A stretch of DNA of 64,000 nucleotides from Felis catus. Its lineage: Eukaryota. Each line of letters starts with the position of its first letter. The first letter of the stretch is position 1. The translations under genes were made by a program, and so were the position numbers. Shown here piece after piece: positions 37,248-51,637 of this stretch. The stretch covers positions 191,892,001 through 191,956,000 of the forward strand of contig NC_058368.1 in NCBI RefSeq assembly GCF_018350175.1, written 5' to 3'. The notes beneath the pieces were generated by a model. That model ran no database searches, was not told where the DNA came from, and was given only the letters and a program-made list of their open reading frames with translations.

Positions 37248-38561
37248 AGGGAGAGAGGATAAAGGAGAGGGTTTAAATTCCATTATGACTCTCAAAACAG
37301 GGGGAGCACAGAGTCTGAAACTCCGCAGCTCAATACCTGGCAGTGCTCTAGTGGGAAGGGCGAATCCCCAGGAGTAGAGTGGGGTCCGGGAGGTTCTCCA
37401 GCCACACAGGAAGAAGTGGCACCACTGCTGGAAGGACATTTGGTAGAAGCTATGTAGACACCCTGTCCCAGCAGACCCCAGAGAACAACCACATTCACTG
37501 GTGCTTGAAGAAGGTTATTAAGGGTGAAACCTGGTGCCAGATGTGTGTTGTGATTTTCCATAATCTCTGAAACGCTGCTGCTACATGATCATGTGAACAT
37601 TTCTGGGGGTGGGCTGGTGCCCAACCACAGTCTCCATATCAGCAGCAGCATGGTCCCACAAACGTTTCTGGATGTGGCTGGCACCGTAAGACCCTCCCCC
37701 AGAGGATCTGAGTGGGTCAAAGCCACAGGCCCTCAAAAGTGAGGGGTCGGGAAACACAGCCACATCTAAGATAAAACTCAGGAGAGAGGTGTCGCCTGAC
37801 AACCTGACAGCTTGGTCATAGTGTAAAAGTGGGGAGTAGACGGAAGCTGAAAACGAAGGATGGGGGCACAATTGCTAGTTAGGGAGAGCACAGAGTCCAG
37901 ATACTAGAGACTAGGTAACTGGATGATGCCATTTTCACCCCTCCTGTGCATGCACATCCACACCTACAAGCGCCACAACAATCCACCCCAGTAAGCAAAG
38001 CAGCGCCATCTAGTGGAGAATGGAGCCATTACACTAAGCACCGCCCAACTGGGCCAACCTTGCTCTTCAGGAACACCACAAATCTCTCTGACTGCTTAGT
38101 TTATGGACTACAAAGTGCTTCGTTGTTTGACTTCTAGGGGAAACCAATGTAATTTCAATCATATTCCAGTTGGTTCATTGGTCCATCTATTCAATTTTCT
38201 TTTAATTTTTTAGTTTTCATTTCTTTTCTTTTTCTTGAATACACAAAGAGAAAAAAAATATTTTTATTTTCAATTTTTGTTAAAAATAGTTTTTTTCTAC
38301 TATATTTTTACTTTTTTGTAATTTTTTAAAATTCTATTTTATGTCCATCATTTCATTTTATTCTATTTCATTGTATTCATTTTCTCAAACTTTCAAACAT
38401 TTTCATTTTCCCCCTTTTTTCTCTAATACATCCAGCTCCTTTAAATAACCAGACCAAAACACACCTAGAATCTAGCATCATTTATTTGACTTTGTGTGTG
38501 TTGTTTTTAATTTTTTAATTTTAATTTTTTTTACCTTATCAATTCCTTACCTCCTTTCAAA

Positions 38562-39442
38562 ATGATGAAACAAAGGAATTCACCCCAAAAGAAAGAGGAG
38601 GAAGAAACGACAGCCAGGGACTTAATTAACACAGATACAAGCAAGATGTGTGAACCAGAATTTAGAATCACAATAATAAGAATACAAGATGGGGTCGAAA
38701 ATAGATTAAAATCCCTCTCTGCAGATATAAAAGAAGGAAAACCTAGTCAGGATGAAATAAAAAATGCTATTACTGAGCTGCAATCTCAAATGAATGCCAC
38801 AGTGGCAAGGATGGATGAGGTAGAACAGTGAATCAGAGACACAGAGGACAAATATATGGAGAATAATGAAGCAGAATAAAAGGAGGAGACTAAGACAAAA
38901 GAGCACAACTTAAGAATTGGAGAAACCAGTGACTCATTAAAAAGGAACAACATCAGAATCATAGGGGTCCCAGAAGAGGAAGAGAGAGAAAAGAGGTAGA
39001 ATGGTTATGTGAGCAAATCATAGTGGAAAATTTCCTAACCTGAGTAAAGACACAGACATCAAAATCCAGGAAGCACAGAGGACTCCCATAAGATTCAACA
39101 AAAACCGACCATCAGTAAGGCATGTGAATTTAGTCAAATTCACAAAATACTCAGGCAAGGAAAGAATCATGAAGGCAGCAAGGGAAAACAGTCCTTAACC
39201 TACAAGGGAAGATAGATCAGGTTCACAGCAGACCTATCCACAGAAACTTGGCAGGCATAAAGGAATGGCAGGATATATTCAATGTGCTGAATTATAAAAA
39301 TATGCAGCCAAGAATTCTTTATCCAGCAAGGCTGTCATTCAAAATAGAAGGAGCGATTAAAAGTTTCCCAGACAAACAAAAATTAAAGAAGTTCATAACC
39401 ACTAAACCAGCCCTGCAAGACATTTTAAGGGGGACTTTCTGA
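38562..39442 (+). pseudogene. L1 ORF1p, disrupted
   Basis: MMKQRNSPQKKEEEE... and QPRILYPARLSFKIEG..FPDKQKLKKFITTKPALQ, with stops and frameshifts. Confidence 0.9.
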
Positions 39443-39474
39443 GGAGAGAAAAGATGAAAGAAGAAAAAGAGGAG

Positions 39475-39585
<111 letters not shown>

Positions 39586-39672
39586 AACATACACACATAC
39601 ATACATACCAAAAGCAACACAGACTAGAAAGGACCAGAGAATAGCACTGGAAAGTCGAACTTGACAAAAAAC

Positions 39673-42600
39673 ATGTCAATAAACTCATATCTTTCAGTAC
39701 TCACTCTAAATGTCAATAGATTAAATGCTCCAATCAAAAGACATAAGGTAACAGAATGGATAAGAAAACAAGATCCATCTATATGCTGTTTACAAGAGAC
39801 CCACTTTAGACCTAAAGACACCTTAAGATGGAAAGTAAGGGGATGGAGAACCATCTATCATGCTAATGGTCAACAAAAGAAAGCTGGAGTAGCCATACAT
39901 AATCAGACAATCTAGACTTCAAAATAAAGACTGTAACAAGAGATGAAGAAGGGCATTATATCATAATTAAGGGGTCTGTCCACCAAGAAGACCTAACAAT
40001 TGTAAATTTTATGCTCCAAATCTGGAACAACCAAACACATAAATCAATTAATCACAAACATAAAGAAACTCATTAATAATAACAGTAGCGGACTTCAACA
40101 CCCCACTTACAACAACGTTCACATGATCTAAACAGAAAATCAACATGGAAGCAATGGCTTTGAATGACACACTCGACAAGATGGACTATATTCAGAACAT
40201 TTCATCCTAAAGCAGTGGAAATACATTCTTCTCCAGTGCTCATGGAATGTTCTCCAGAAGAGATCACATACTGGGACACAAATCAACCCTCAACAAGTAC
40301 AAGAAGATGGAGATCATACTGTGCATATTTTCAGACCACAACACTATGAAACTCGAAATCAACCACAAGAAAAATCTGGAAAATTGGCAAATACTTGTAG
40401 ACTAAAGAAAACCCTACTAAAGAATGAATGGGCCAACCAAGAAGTTAAAGAGGAAATTTAAAAAGTACATGAAAGCCAGTGAAAATGATAACACCATAGC
40501 CCCAAACCTCTGGGATGCAGCAAATGTGGTCATAAGAGGAAAGTATGTAGCAATCCAGGCCTCCCTAAAGAAGGCAGAAAGGTCTCAGATATACAACCTA
40601 ACCTTATACCTTAAAAAGTTGGAAAAAGGACAGAAAATAAAACCCAAAACCAGCAGAAGAAAGGAAATAATAAAGATTAGAGCAAAGATCAATGCTATCA
40701 AAACCAAAACAAAAACCAAAACAAAAACAAAAACAAACAAAAACAAAAACAGTAGAACAGATCAATGAAACCAGAAGCTGGTTCTGTGAAAGAATTAGCA
40801 AAATTGATAAACCACTAGCCAGCTGGATCAAAAAGAAAAAGGAAAGGATCCAAATCAATAAAATCAAGAATGAGAGAGGAGAGATCACTACCAACACTGC
40901 AGAAATACAAACAATAATAAGAGAATATTATGAGCAATTATATGCCAATAAGATGGGCAATCTGGAAGAAATGGACACATTCCTAGAAACAAATAAACTA
41001 CCAAAAGTGAAACAGGAAGAAATAGAAAATTTTAACATACCATAACCAGTAAAGAAATCAAATTAGTAATCAAAAATCTTCCAAAAACCAAGAGTCCAGG
41101 GCTGGATGGCTTTCCAGGTGAATTCAACCAAACATTTAAGGAAGAGTTAACACCTATTCTCTTGAAGCTGTTCCAACAGATAGAAACGGAAGGAAAACTT
41201 CCAAGCTCTTTCTATGAAGCCAGAATTACCTTGATTCCAAAACCAGACAAAGACCCCACTAAAAAGGAGAACTATAGACCAATTTCCCTGATGAACATGG
41301 ATGCAAAAATCCTCAACAAGGTATTAGCCAACTGGACCCAACAATGCATTAAAAAAATTATTCACCACGGCAAGTGGGATTTTTACCTGGGATGCAGGGA
41401 TGGTTCAATATTTGCAAAACAATCAATGTGATTCATCACATCAATAAAAGAAAGGAGAAGAAACACATGACCCTCTCAATAGATGCAGAGAAAGCATTTG
41501 ACAAAATACAGCATCCTTTCTTGATAAAAAAACTCCTAAGAATGTGGGGATGGAAGGATCATACCTCGAGATCATAAAAGCCATACATGAAAGACCCAAC
41601 ACTAATGTCATCCTCAATGTGGAAAAACTAAGAGCTTTCCCCCTAAGGGAAGGACAAGACAGGGATGCCCACTTTCACCACTATTATTCAACATAGTATT
41701 GGAAGTCTTAGCCTCAGCCATCAGAAAACAAAAAGAAATAAAAGGCATCCAAATCAGCCAGGAGGAGGTCAAACTTTCACTCTTCACAGATGACATGATA
41801 CTGTATATAGAAAACTCGAAAATTCCACCAAAAAACTGCTAGAACTGATCCATGAATTCTACAGTCACAGGATATAAAATCAATGCACAGAAATTGGCTG
41901 CATTCCTATACACCAACAATGAAGCAAAAGAAAGAGAAATCAAAGAATCGATCCCGTTTACAATTGCACCAAAACCCATAAAATACCTAGGAATAAATCT
42001 AACCACAGAGGTGAAAAATCTATACACTGAAAACTATAGAAGGCTTATGAAAGAAATTTAAGACACAAAAAAAACGGAAAAACATTCCATGTTCCTGGAT
42101 AGGAAGAACAGATATTGTTAAAATGTTGATACTACTCAAAACAATCTACATATTAAATGCAACCCCTATCAAAATAACACCAGCATTCTTGACAGAGCTA
42201 GAACAAACAATCCTAAAATTTGTATGGAACCAGAAAAGACCCTGAATAGCCAAAGTGATCTTGAAAAAGAAAACCAAAGCAGGAGGTATCACAATCCTGG
42301 GCTTCAAACTGTTTTACAAAGCTGTAATCACCAAGACAGTATGGTACTGGCACAATAACAGACATTCAGATCAATGGAACAGAACAGAGAACCCAGAAAT
42401 GAACCTACAAACGTATGGCCAACTAATCTTTGACAAAGCAGGAAAGAATATCCAATGGAATAAAGACAGTCTCTTCAGCAAGTGGTGCTGGGAAAACTGG
42501 ACAGCAACATGCAGAAGAATGAACCTGGAACACGTTCTTACACCATACACAAAAATAAACTCAAAATGGATGAAAGACATTAATGTAAGACAGGAATCCA

Positions 42601-43330
42601 TCAAAATCCTTGAGGAGAAAGCAGGCAAAAACCTCTTTGACCTTGGCCTCAGAAACTTCTTACTCAACATGTCTCCAGAGGCAAGGGAAACAAAAGCAAA
42701 AATGAACTCTTGGGACCTCATCAAAATAAAAAGTCCCTGCACTGTGGAGGAAACAATCATCAAAGCTAAAATGCAACTGAAGAAATGGGAGAAGATATTT
42801 GCAAACAACATATCAGGTAAATGGTTAGTATCCAAAATCTATAAAGAACTTATCAAACTCAACACCCCTCCCCCCCAAAAAAAATAATAATCCAGGGAAG
42901 AAATGGGAAAAAGACATGAAGAGACACTTCTCCAAAGAAGACATCCTGATGGCCAACCAACACATGAAAAAATGCTCAACATAATTCATCATCAGGAAAA
43001 TACAAATCAAAACCACAATGAGATACCACCTCACACCTGTCAGAATGGCTAACATTAACAACTTGGGCAACAAGAGATGGTAGTGAGGATGTGGAGAAAG
43101 AGGATCTCTCTTGCACTGCTGGTGGGAATGCAAGCTGTTGCAGCCACTCTGGAAAACACTATGGAGGTTCCTCAAAAAATTAAAATAGAACTGCCCTATG
43201 ACCTAGAAATTTCACTACTAGGTATTTATCTAAGGGATATAGGTATATATGGTGTGTGTGTGTGTGTATGTATATATATGTATATATATATACACATACA
43301 TACATACAATGGAGTATTACTCGGCAATCA
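39673..43330 (+). pseudogene. L1 ORF2p (endonuclease/reverse transcriptase), disrupted
   Basis: [33 protein letters not shown] motif reads FTDD (41783-41794), KYLGINLT; many frameshifts. Confidence 0.93.
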
Positions 43331-44454
43331 AAAAGAACAAAATCTTGCCATTCACAACTACATGGATGGAACTAGAGGGTATTATGCTAAGTGAAATTAG
43401 TCAGAGAAAGACAAGTATCATAGGACTTCACTCATATGAGGACTTTAAGATACAAAACAGATGAACATGAGGGAAGGGGAGCAAAAATAACATTAAAACA
43501 TGGAGGAGGACAAAAACATAAGAGACTCTTAAATATCGAGAACAAACAGAGGGTTACTGGAGGGATTGTTGGAGGGGGGATGGGCTAAATTGATAAGGGA
43601 CATTAAGGAATCTACTCCTAAAATCAATGTTGCACTATATGCTAACTTAGATGTAAATTTAAAAAATAAATTAAAAATTTTTTTAAATCACTCATCATAT
43701 AAGAAGCAGGAAGATCTCAAAATAAATGAAAAAAAAAGATAATAATTGGATGCCAATACCAAGATCACAGGTATTTCAGAATTATCTGACAAGATTTTAA
43801 AGTAAACATTATAGAAATGCTTCAACAAGCCATTATGGACAAACTTGAAGCCAATGAAAAAATAAAAATCTTCAGCAAAGACATGACAAACCTCAAAGAA
43901 ATAGAAGATATCCGGAAGAACCAAATGGAAATTTTAGAACTAAAAAGTTATTGATAACAAAAATTGCAGTGGATAGTCGTAATAGCAGAATAAAGGGGAA
44001 AGAGGAGATAAACGATGGATGACAGAACAAAAGAAATGTAACCTGAATAACAGGAAATAGCCAAAGGAAAAAATATCAACAGCACCTCAAGGATCTGTGG
44101 GACATTAAGGAAAAAAAGGCAACTTTAATGAAATAGGGAGTCTGGGAAGAAGAGACGGACAGCACTGAAAAAGTATCCTAAGAAACAATGACTAAAACGT
44201 CTAAGGATGGAGAAAGACATAGACCTACAAATTTAATGGTCTATACCAAGACCAACCAAGATCAACTCCAAAAATTCATGTGAGCACACTTAAAGCCACA
44301 CTTCTGAAAACTCAAGACAAAAATACTTGAAAGCATCAAGACAGAAAGGACACTTTACTCAGAAGATAAAAATAGTTCAAAGAACAGCAGATAATTCATC
44401 AGAAAACATGGAGGCCAGAAAGAAGTACCAAATGTTCATTTTTTTTCAGTTGTA

Positions 44455-44668
44455 TATTTTGAAAAATTTTTAATATTTATTTATTTTTGAGAGAGAGAGC
44501 ACAAGCAGAGGAAGAGCAGAAAGAAAGGGGGACAAACAATCCTAAGCAGGCTCCAGGCTCTGAGCCGTCAGCACAGAACCCAACACAAGTCTCACACTCA
44601 CAAACTGCAAGATCATGACCTGAGCCAAAGTCAGATTCTTAACCAACTGAGTGACCCACGTACACCCA
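44455..44668 (-). mobile_element. Can-SINE
   Basis: Antisense body; TSD cagttgta. Confidence 0.88.
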
Positions 44669-44739
44669 GTTGTAATATATTTATTGGTCAAATGTTTTAT
44701 GCCTGCTTGGTATAGACTATATTAATAAAGAAGGTAAAC

Positions 44740-45070
44740 TATTTTATTGCAATATAATATAAATGTTATATTAGTTTTGAATACACAATATAATGATTCA
44801 AAAATTCTATACATTACTCACTGTTCATCATGGTATTTAATCCTTTTCACCTGTTTCACCCCACTCATCTCCCCACTGGTAACCACTAGTTTGTTCTCTG
44901 AGTCTGTTTTTTTTTTCCTTTATTCATTTGTTTTGTTTCTTAAACTCCACATATGAGTGGAATCATATGTTATTTCTAATGTATTTCACTTAGCACTATA
45001 TCTTCTAGATCCATCCATGTTGATACAAATGGCAATATTTAATTCTTTTTATGGCTGTGTAGTATTCCAC

Positions 45071-45123
<53 letters not shown>

Positions 45124-45287
45124 GTAACCATTTACCTATGGATGGATACTTGCGTTGCTTCTCTATCTTGGCTATTTTAAATAATGCTGCAATACACATA
45201 GGGGTGCATGTATCTGTTTGAATTAGTGTTTTTATTTTCTTTAGGTAAATACCCACTAGTGGAATTACTGGATCATATGGTAATTAT
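44740..45287 (-). mobile_element. L1 3' end with (TG)n
   Basis: CTPMCIAALF peptide, antisense 3'UTR. Confidence 0.85.
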
Positions 45288-46569
45288 CTGAAGGAGCATA
45301 TTTTTAAAGTGCTAAAATGAAATATTTGTCAATCCAGTGAAAATATTCTTCAGGAATGAAAGTAAAATCAAGACATTCTCAGATGAAAAAAAAATTAAGA
45401 GAATTTGTTACCCCCTCCCCCTTCAAACTCTAAAGGTCGTTCTCTAAAGAGAAAAGAAACAATAAAAGACAGAAACTTGGAATATCAGGAAAGTAAAAAA
45501 GAACACAGTAAGCAAAAATATAGATAAATACAATAGTCTCTCTTTACTCTCTAGAATTTTCTAAATTATATTTCACAGTTACTAGCCAAAATCATAATAC
45601 TGTCTGATATGATTATAAATGTATAAGCAGGAAGTATTTAAGACAATGATATTATAGACAGAGAAAGTAAAAGAACATGAAAGAAAATAATGTTTCTATA
45701 CTCCAACTGATATGATGATGGCACTAGTAGATATTGATGTTATATACATATGTTTTATATATATTTATATAATGTAGTATCTAGAGCAACCACCAAAATG
45801 GTTATACAAAGACATACCACTCAAGAACATTTTAGAGAATCAAAATGGAATTGTAAAATATGCTTAAGCAACACACAGAGAGGCAGGGGGAAAAGAACAA
45901 AAAAAGCAGAGACAATAGAAACAAACAAAAAAAGACAGATTTAAACTCCAATTTACAAGTACTTACATTAAAAGTAAATGATCAAAATATAGCAGTTAAA
46001 AGACTAAGATTAGCAGATTGGATTAAAAAACATGACCCAACTATATGCTGTCTAGAAAAAATCACTTCAAATATAACAGTATAGGCAGTTTAAAAGTAAA
46101 GGACAGAAAAAGACTATCACACCAGTATTATTTAAAATAAAGTAGGAGTAGCTACATCATGTAAATTGACTTCAAAACAAGGAAAATTATCAGAAATGTG
46201 AACGAATTTTATCATTCTATAATGATAAAAAGGTCAGTTCACCAAAATGACCTAGATGAGTCATAATCCTAAGTGAGTATGTTGCAAATAGCAGCGCTGC
46301 AAAATACATGAAGCAAAAACTGACAGAACTGAAAGGAGAACTTTATAAATACAAAATTGTAGTTGGAGACCTCAACAATCCTCAATTTATGGAACAATTA
46401 GAAAATCAGTAAAGATATAGAAGAACTCAAAACATCATCAATCGATAGAATCTATGTTTATAAAACACTCTGCCAGAATACATTTTTTTTCAGTTCCTAC
46501 AAAACATACACCATTTCTTTGACTGTGACTAATCTGTTATTTAATCCTTTTGTTTAGTTCTTAATTCTC

Positions 46570-48010
46570 AGGCAGAACGTACATTCTAAAACTTGCAAAT
46601 TGATGACCCATGTAACCACCATCCAGGTCAAGCACATAACCAGCACCCAAGAAGACCCCCTTATGTTCCTTTCTATTGCTACCCCCTCACTTCCTCCTTT
46701 GGGAATTACCATCTTAACTTCTAAAATGACAGATTAGTTATACCGGTTTTTAAATTTTATTTAAGTGGAATAACAGTAGATATTCTTTTGGTTCTGGCTT
46801 TTTTGTCCCATTTATTATTAGGTTTATGGGATTCATTCATGTTAGTTTAAGTAGCAGTATATATTGGTTAACATTTACTGCTGTAGAGTACTACAATGTA
46901 AGTAGTACAATGTATTGATCCACTCTACTGTTGATGGACATTTAGGCTGTTTGCAGTTTGGGACTATTACAAATAGCTATGGACATTCTTGTATACGGCT
47001 TGTAATTTTATTATTTCTTGTATGTATGTATGTATGTATGTGTATGTATGTATGTATGTATGTATGTATGTTATTTACCTAAATTGTTATATATTGTGTT
47101 TATACATTCACATTTGATATTTACCTAAAGTGGAATTGCTGATTTATACATTAAGCATATACTCAACTTGAATAGATAATAGCAAATTGTTTTCTAAAAG
47201 GGTTGTACCAACTTATACTCTTACCAGCAATGCATAAGCATTCCTGATTGCCACATGTTTGTCAACACCTGGTAATGTCCATCTATTTTCTAAGCCTTTT
47301 GTTGTATTTCATCATGGTATTATTTTGTATTTCCCTATTACTAGTAGAGTGAAGCACCTTTTCATATGCTTATCAGCTCTTTGAATAATCCCAATTGTTA
47401 AGTTCCTATTATATTGCCCATTTTTAAAAATTAGGTTGTCTGTCATTTACTCCATAATTTCTAAGTTTTTTTAAAGTATATAGTCTTAACTCAGGTCCTT
47501 TTCACTTGTATTTGTTGGAACTATATTTTGCCATTCACTCTTTTCACTCTCCTAAGATGTTCTTCTGATAAACAAAAATTACTCCTTTTAAGGTGCTCCA
47601 ATTTCTCTTTTCCCTTCGTGGGTAGGCATCTTTTTATGTCTTATTTAAGAAAACTTGTCCTACTTCAAGGTCATAAAGAAACTACCTTCCTATCTAGAAG
47701 GTAGACAGCCACCTTCTATTAGCTGTCTATGGACTGCTAATAGACTCAAAGTCACTATTTAAAACCATCCTTTTCCCCACTGCTCTATAGTACTACTTTT
47801 GTCATAAATCAACTATCCATGTGTGTATCTGTTTCCAGATTCCTTATTCTATTCCACTGGTCTATTTGCCTATCTTGGCACAAACATCACAGTATCTTAA
47901 TTGTAAGTTTTCATATATAGTAAAGCTTACAACTCAGTTCATTTTCAAGATTGTTTTCATCGTTCTTACTCTATTGTATTTACCTATATGTTTTACAATT
48001 AGTTTGACAA
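46570..48010 (-). mobile_element. Old L1M 3' region
   Basis: Degenerate antisense L1 3'UTR/ORF2. Confidence 0.7.
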
Positions 48011-48241
48011 CGCCCACCACCCCTAAAGAGAAAATCCTGCTACCCTCACTTCTCCTTCTACTTCCTCTTCTTTTCCTGAACAATTTAATCTTGACATCTT
48101 TAAGCATAACATAACAATGTAGGCATCCACAGTGGATGAGATAAGCAAGCTTTGGAGAAGGAGCCAGAGCCTAAGCAGAGTGATCAAGGAGTCCATGCTT
48201 CTTAAAAATTATTATTAAAGACAATTTTTAAAGCAGTTTTA

Positions 48242-48460
48242 GGGGCGCCTGGGTGGCGCAGTCGGTTGGGCGTCCGACTTCAGCCAGGTCACGATCTCGT
48301 AGTCCATGAGTTCGAGCCCCGCGTCAGGCTCTGGGCTGATGGCTCGGAGCCTGGAGCCTGTTTCCGATTCTGTGTCTCCCTCTCTCTCTGTCCCTCCCCC
48401 GTTCATGCTCTGTCTCTCTCTGTCCCAAAAATAAATAATAAACGTTGGAAAAAAAATTTA
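48242..48460 (+). mobile_element. Young felid Can-SINE
   Basis: CpG-intact ggggcgcctgggtggcgcagtcgg; TSD ttaaagcagttttag. Confidence 0.96.
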
Positions 48461-49880
48461 AAGCAGTTTTAGTTTTACAATAAATTGAGGGAAAGGTACG
48501 GAGATTTCCCAGATATGCCCTGCCCACACATACGTAGTCTCCACTATCAATATCACTCACCAGAATGTTACTTTTTTTTTAACCAAGGATGAACCTACAT
48601 TAACACATCATAGTCACCCAAAGTCCACAGTTTACCTAAGAGTTCACTCTTTGTGTTGTACATTCAATGGGTTTGGACAAATATATAATAATATGGATCA
48701 ACCATTATAATATCCAAAGTAGTTTTAGCTTCCTAAAAATCCTGTGTTTTTCCTATTCATCTCTAACCCCATTCCCACCACCCATACCTGTAAACCTCTG
48801 ATCTTTTTATTGTCTTCATAGTTTTACCTTCTCAAAAATCTCATACAGCTAAAACAAAAAATCATACAATATATAACCTTCTCAGATTGGCTTATTTCAC
48901 TTAGCAAAGTGCTAAGTTTCCTCCAAGCCTTTTCATGACTTGATAGCTCATATCTTTATAGCAATGAATAATATTCCATTGTCTGGATGTACTAAAACTT
49001 ATTTATCCAGTCATCTGCTAAAAGACATCTTTGTTGCTTCCAAGTTTTGGCAATTATGAACAAGGCCACTGTAAACCTCTATGTATATGTTTCTGTGTGG
49101 ACATGGTTCTCAACTCCTTTGGGTCAATACCAAGGAACACAACTGCTGGATCCTCTGGTAAGATTATGTTTAGTTTTATAAGTCTGGTGGGACTTTCATC
49201 TTATGAAATGTGCACTGTGTGCCTGATGTCAATTCCCTTCTTGCTTTGTCCATTTGGAAAGTCAAAACTGACTTTAAAGGCCAACCTCGGTCATTGTGTA
49301 CCAAGGTGCTTACCTCTGTCATTTTATAATTCTTTCTTTTTTTATGAATTTTAATTTTCTAGGTTATAGAGTAAGAGTAGGCTTAGTTTTATATCACAGT
49401 GCCAAACTATCTTCCAAAGTGGCTGCAACATTTTGCATTCCCATCAGCAATGAAGGAGACTTCCTGATGCTCCACATCCTCATCAGCATCTGGCATTGCT
49501 AGTGTTCTAGATTTTGACTATTTTAATAGTGTGTGTAGTGGTATCTCCTTGTTTTAGTTTGCATTTTCCTGATGACATATGATGTGGAGCATCTTTTTAT
49601 ATGCTTGCCATGTGTATTTCTTTGGTGAGGTGTCTGTTAAGGTCTGTGACCTTTTTTTTCATTTAGTTTGTTCATTTTCTTATTGTTGATTTTTGGGTCT
49701 TTTTATATCTTGGATAACAGTCCTTTACCAAATGTGTCTCCTGCAAATATTTTCTCCCAGTCTGTGCTTTCTTATCTTCTAATTTTCTTGATATTATCTT
49801 TGGCAGAGCAGAAGTTTTTAATTTTAGTAAAGTCTGGTTTCTCAATTACTTCTTTCATAGATCATTTCTTCTGGTGCTGC
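48461..49880 (-). mobile_element. Old L1M 3' end
   Basis: Antisense 3'UTR and ORF2 C-terminus. Confidence 0.75.
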
Positions 49881-51131
49881 TATCCAAATCCCCATTCCAA
49901 ATTGAGCAGGCCAATGATTATGGTAGCTCATTAGAAACTTATTTTTCAGCCAGTGCTTCAAGTATGACAAACTACTTCAGCAACTCCCTTCAACAATGAA
50001 TGGACATTTTTCCCAATCTACCCACTCACTAGAATCTAATTTTATTCAAAGTATGAGATCCTACAACCCTCCTAGGATATAACTTATCTTCTATGACATG
50101 TAGATATTAAAATCTAAGCCCCATGTTTAGAGACCAGAAATCCCACCTCTAGTCCTACCCCAGAGCAGTGAATGCTTCTGCTTGACATTCTCTGTTTCAA
50201 TATCCTCTCCATTTCTGCCCCCTAAAGACTTCTGCTACACTCTTACAAGTGCAGCTATGCATTTAAATATGATATTTAAGCAGTGTCCTATTTCTCCCAG
50301 CAGTTCTAGGGGTTTTATGGCAGTTTTGAAATTATTGTACACATATTATGAGGATGGGAACTCCTTTATTTAGCCTTTGTTAGCCTCAGTTTCCTCATCT
50401 GACTGAATTAACAAACTAAAATGTGTTAAGTATGTGGCATGCAGATGACCTCTTAAAGGAAACTACTTTTTTTTTTTTTACTGCACCATAATTATTCAAC
50501 TTGTGGCTGACAATATTTGCTTGCTACTTCTATTATAGATAACACTATACTGGGTACACATGAGTATAACTCTTTGTCATTCAGGATTTTGTCCTCAGGT
50601 TAAATGCCAAGAAAAATCATTTCTAGATCTATTTTTATATTTTTAAGACTCCTAATATTTATTTTCAAGTCACCCTCCAAACAAGATTTACAAAGACGCA
50701 TTCCCACCACTAATGTGTTACAGTGTCCATTTTATCCTATACTGTCACTAACACTGGCTAATGTAATTTTCAAAATATTTTCCAAGTTGACAGGTAAAAA
50801 TGGTACTCTGTTTAACTATTGGCAATCCTTTGATTGGTAACATAAGGACTAAGCATGAAAAATATTTATAAAAGGTATAGATTATAGAATTCCAATAAAG
50901 GAAGACCTTATCTGTGACCCAAGAGTATACTTAATTTCATAACAAGGCAATACATGAAAGTTGGAAGCAAGGTTTAACAGATGTGAAGAGAGCTCTGATG
51001 GTTGCAAGGAGAAGAGAAAGTTTATAAAGTAAGATCAAGGTAATGCCAATTCCTGGCACATGTGCCTCCATTCTCCTTTCCCCATACTCATCAGACAGGC
51101 TTCCCACTGAGCTGGGAAGCAACCTCAGTAC

Positions 51132-51439
51132 CCAGTATAGTATTCCAGGCACCAATTGATTATAGCTAGTTCTTAAGATAAATTCTCTTTACTCTCGTTG
51201 ATTTAGGAGATTATAATATTAGGTTATGACATGAATAAAAGGTGTACAATATTTAATGCTATTTTGTATTTGAGCCAATGCAATTTGCAGCCGAATGCAA
51301 ATGCTATTCTTTATAGGATTTATTTACCCAGTACAGAGACACCCTCATGATCATTGCTGGAAAGTCCTTTCCTCTCAGGGCAGGACAAAAGGAAAGTGAT
51401 AGTACCTTAGGTCCAGAAGATAATCTAAAATAGAAGTAC
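51132..51439 (-). pseudogene. Dynein HC pseudo-exon, DHC_N2 tail
   Basis: actcAG acceptor. GTSILDYLLDLRYYHF...VNKSYKE*HL..LQIALAQIQ..IIS*INESKENL resembles TTLxDLLxLNLHxF...VDKAxKE..LEKAL..ILSSVDEIQ. Confidence 0.6.
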
Positions 51440-51514
51440 CTGAGTTGCGCAGATAGAGAGTGGGCTTCCAGTGGGAAGAATAATGCAATCAGATGATCAA
51501 AAAAAACACCTAAC

Positions 51515-51637
51515 CTTTAGCAAAGGCTATTCCCTTTGTGAAAACAAGAGAAGCGGGTCAGGGAGTGAACATCTACTTCTGCTGTCTTCCTCTTTGGCCT
51601 GTGAAGCGTCAGGTCAAAGTCACCAGAGCACATCAAC
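51515..51637 (-). pseudogene. Putative pseudo-exon, tail
   Basis: tttcAG acceptor, AAG|gttagg donor. SLPDPLLLFSQ..PLLK weakly resembles xLPLLxxLxNPxLR. Confidence 0.4.

Noticed and set aside
48242..48330. tRNA gene
   Set aside because: A/B-box-like sequence is the tRNA-derived head of a Can-SINE with CT tract, poly-A and TSD.
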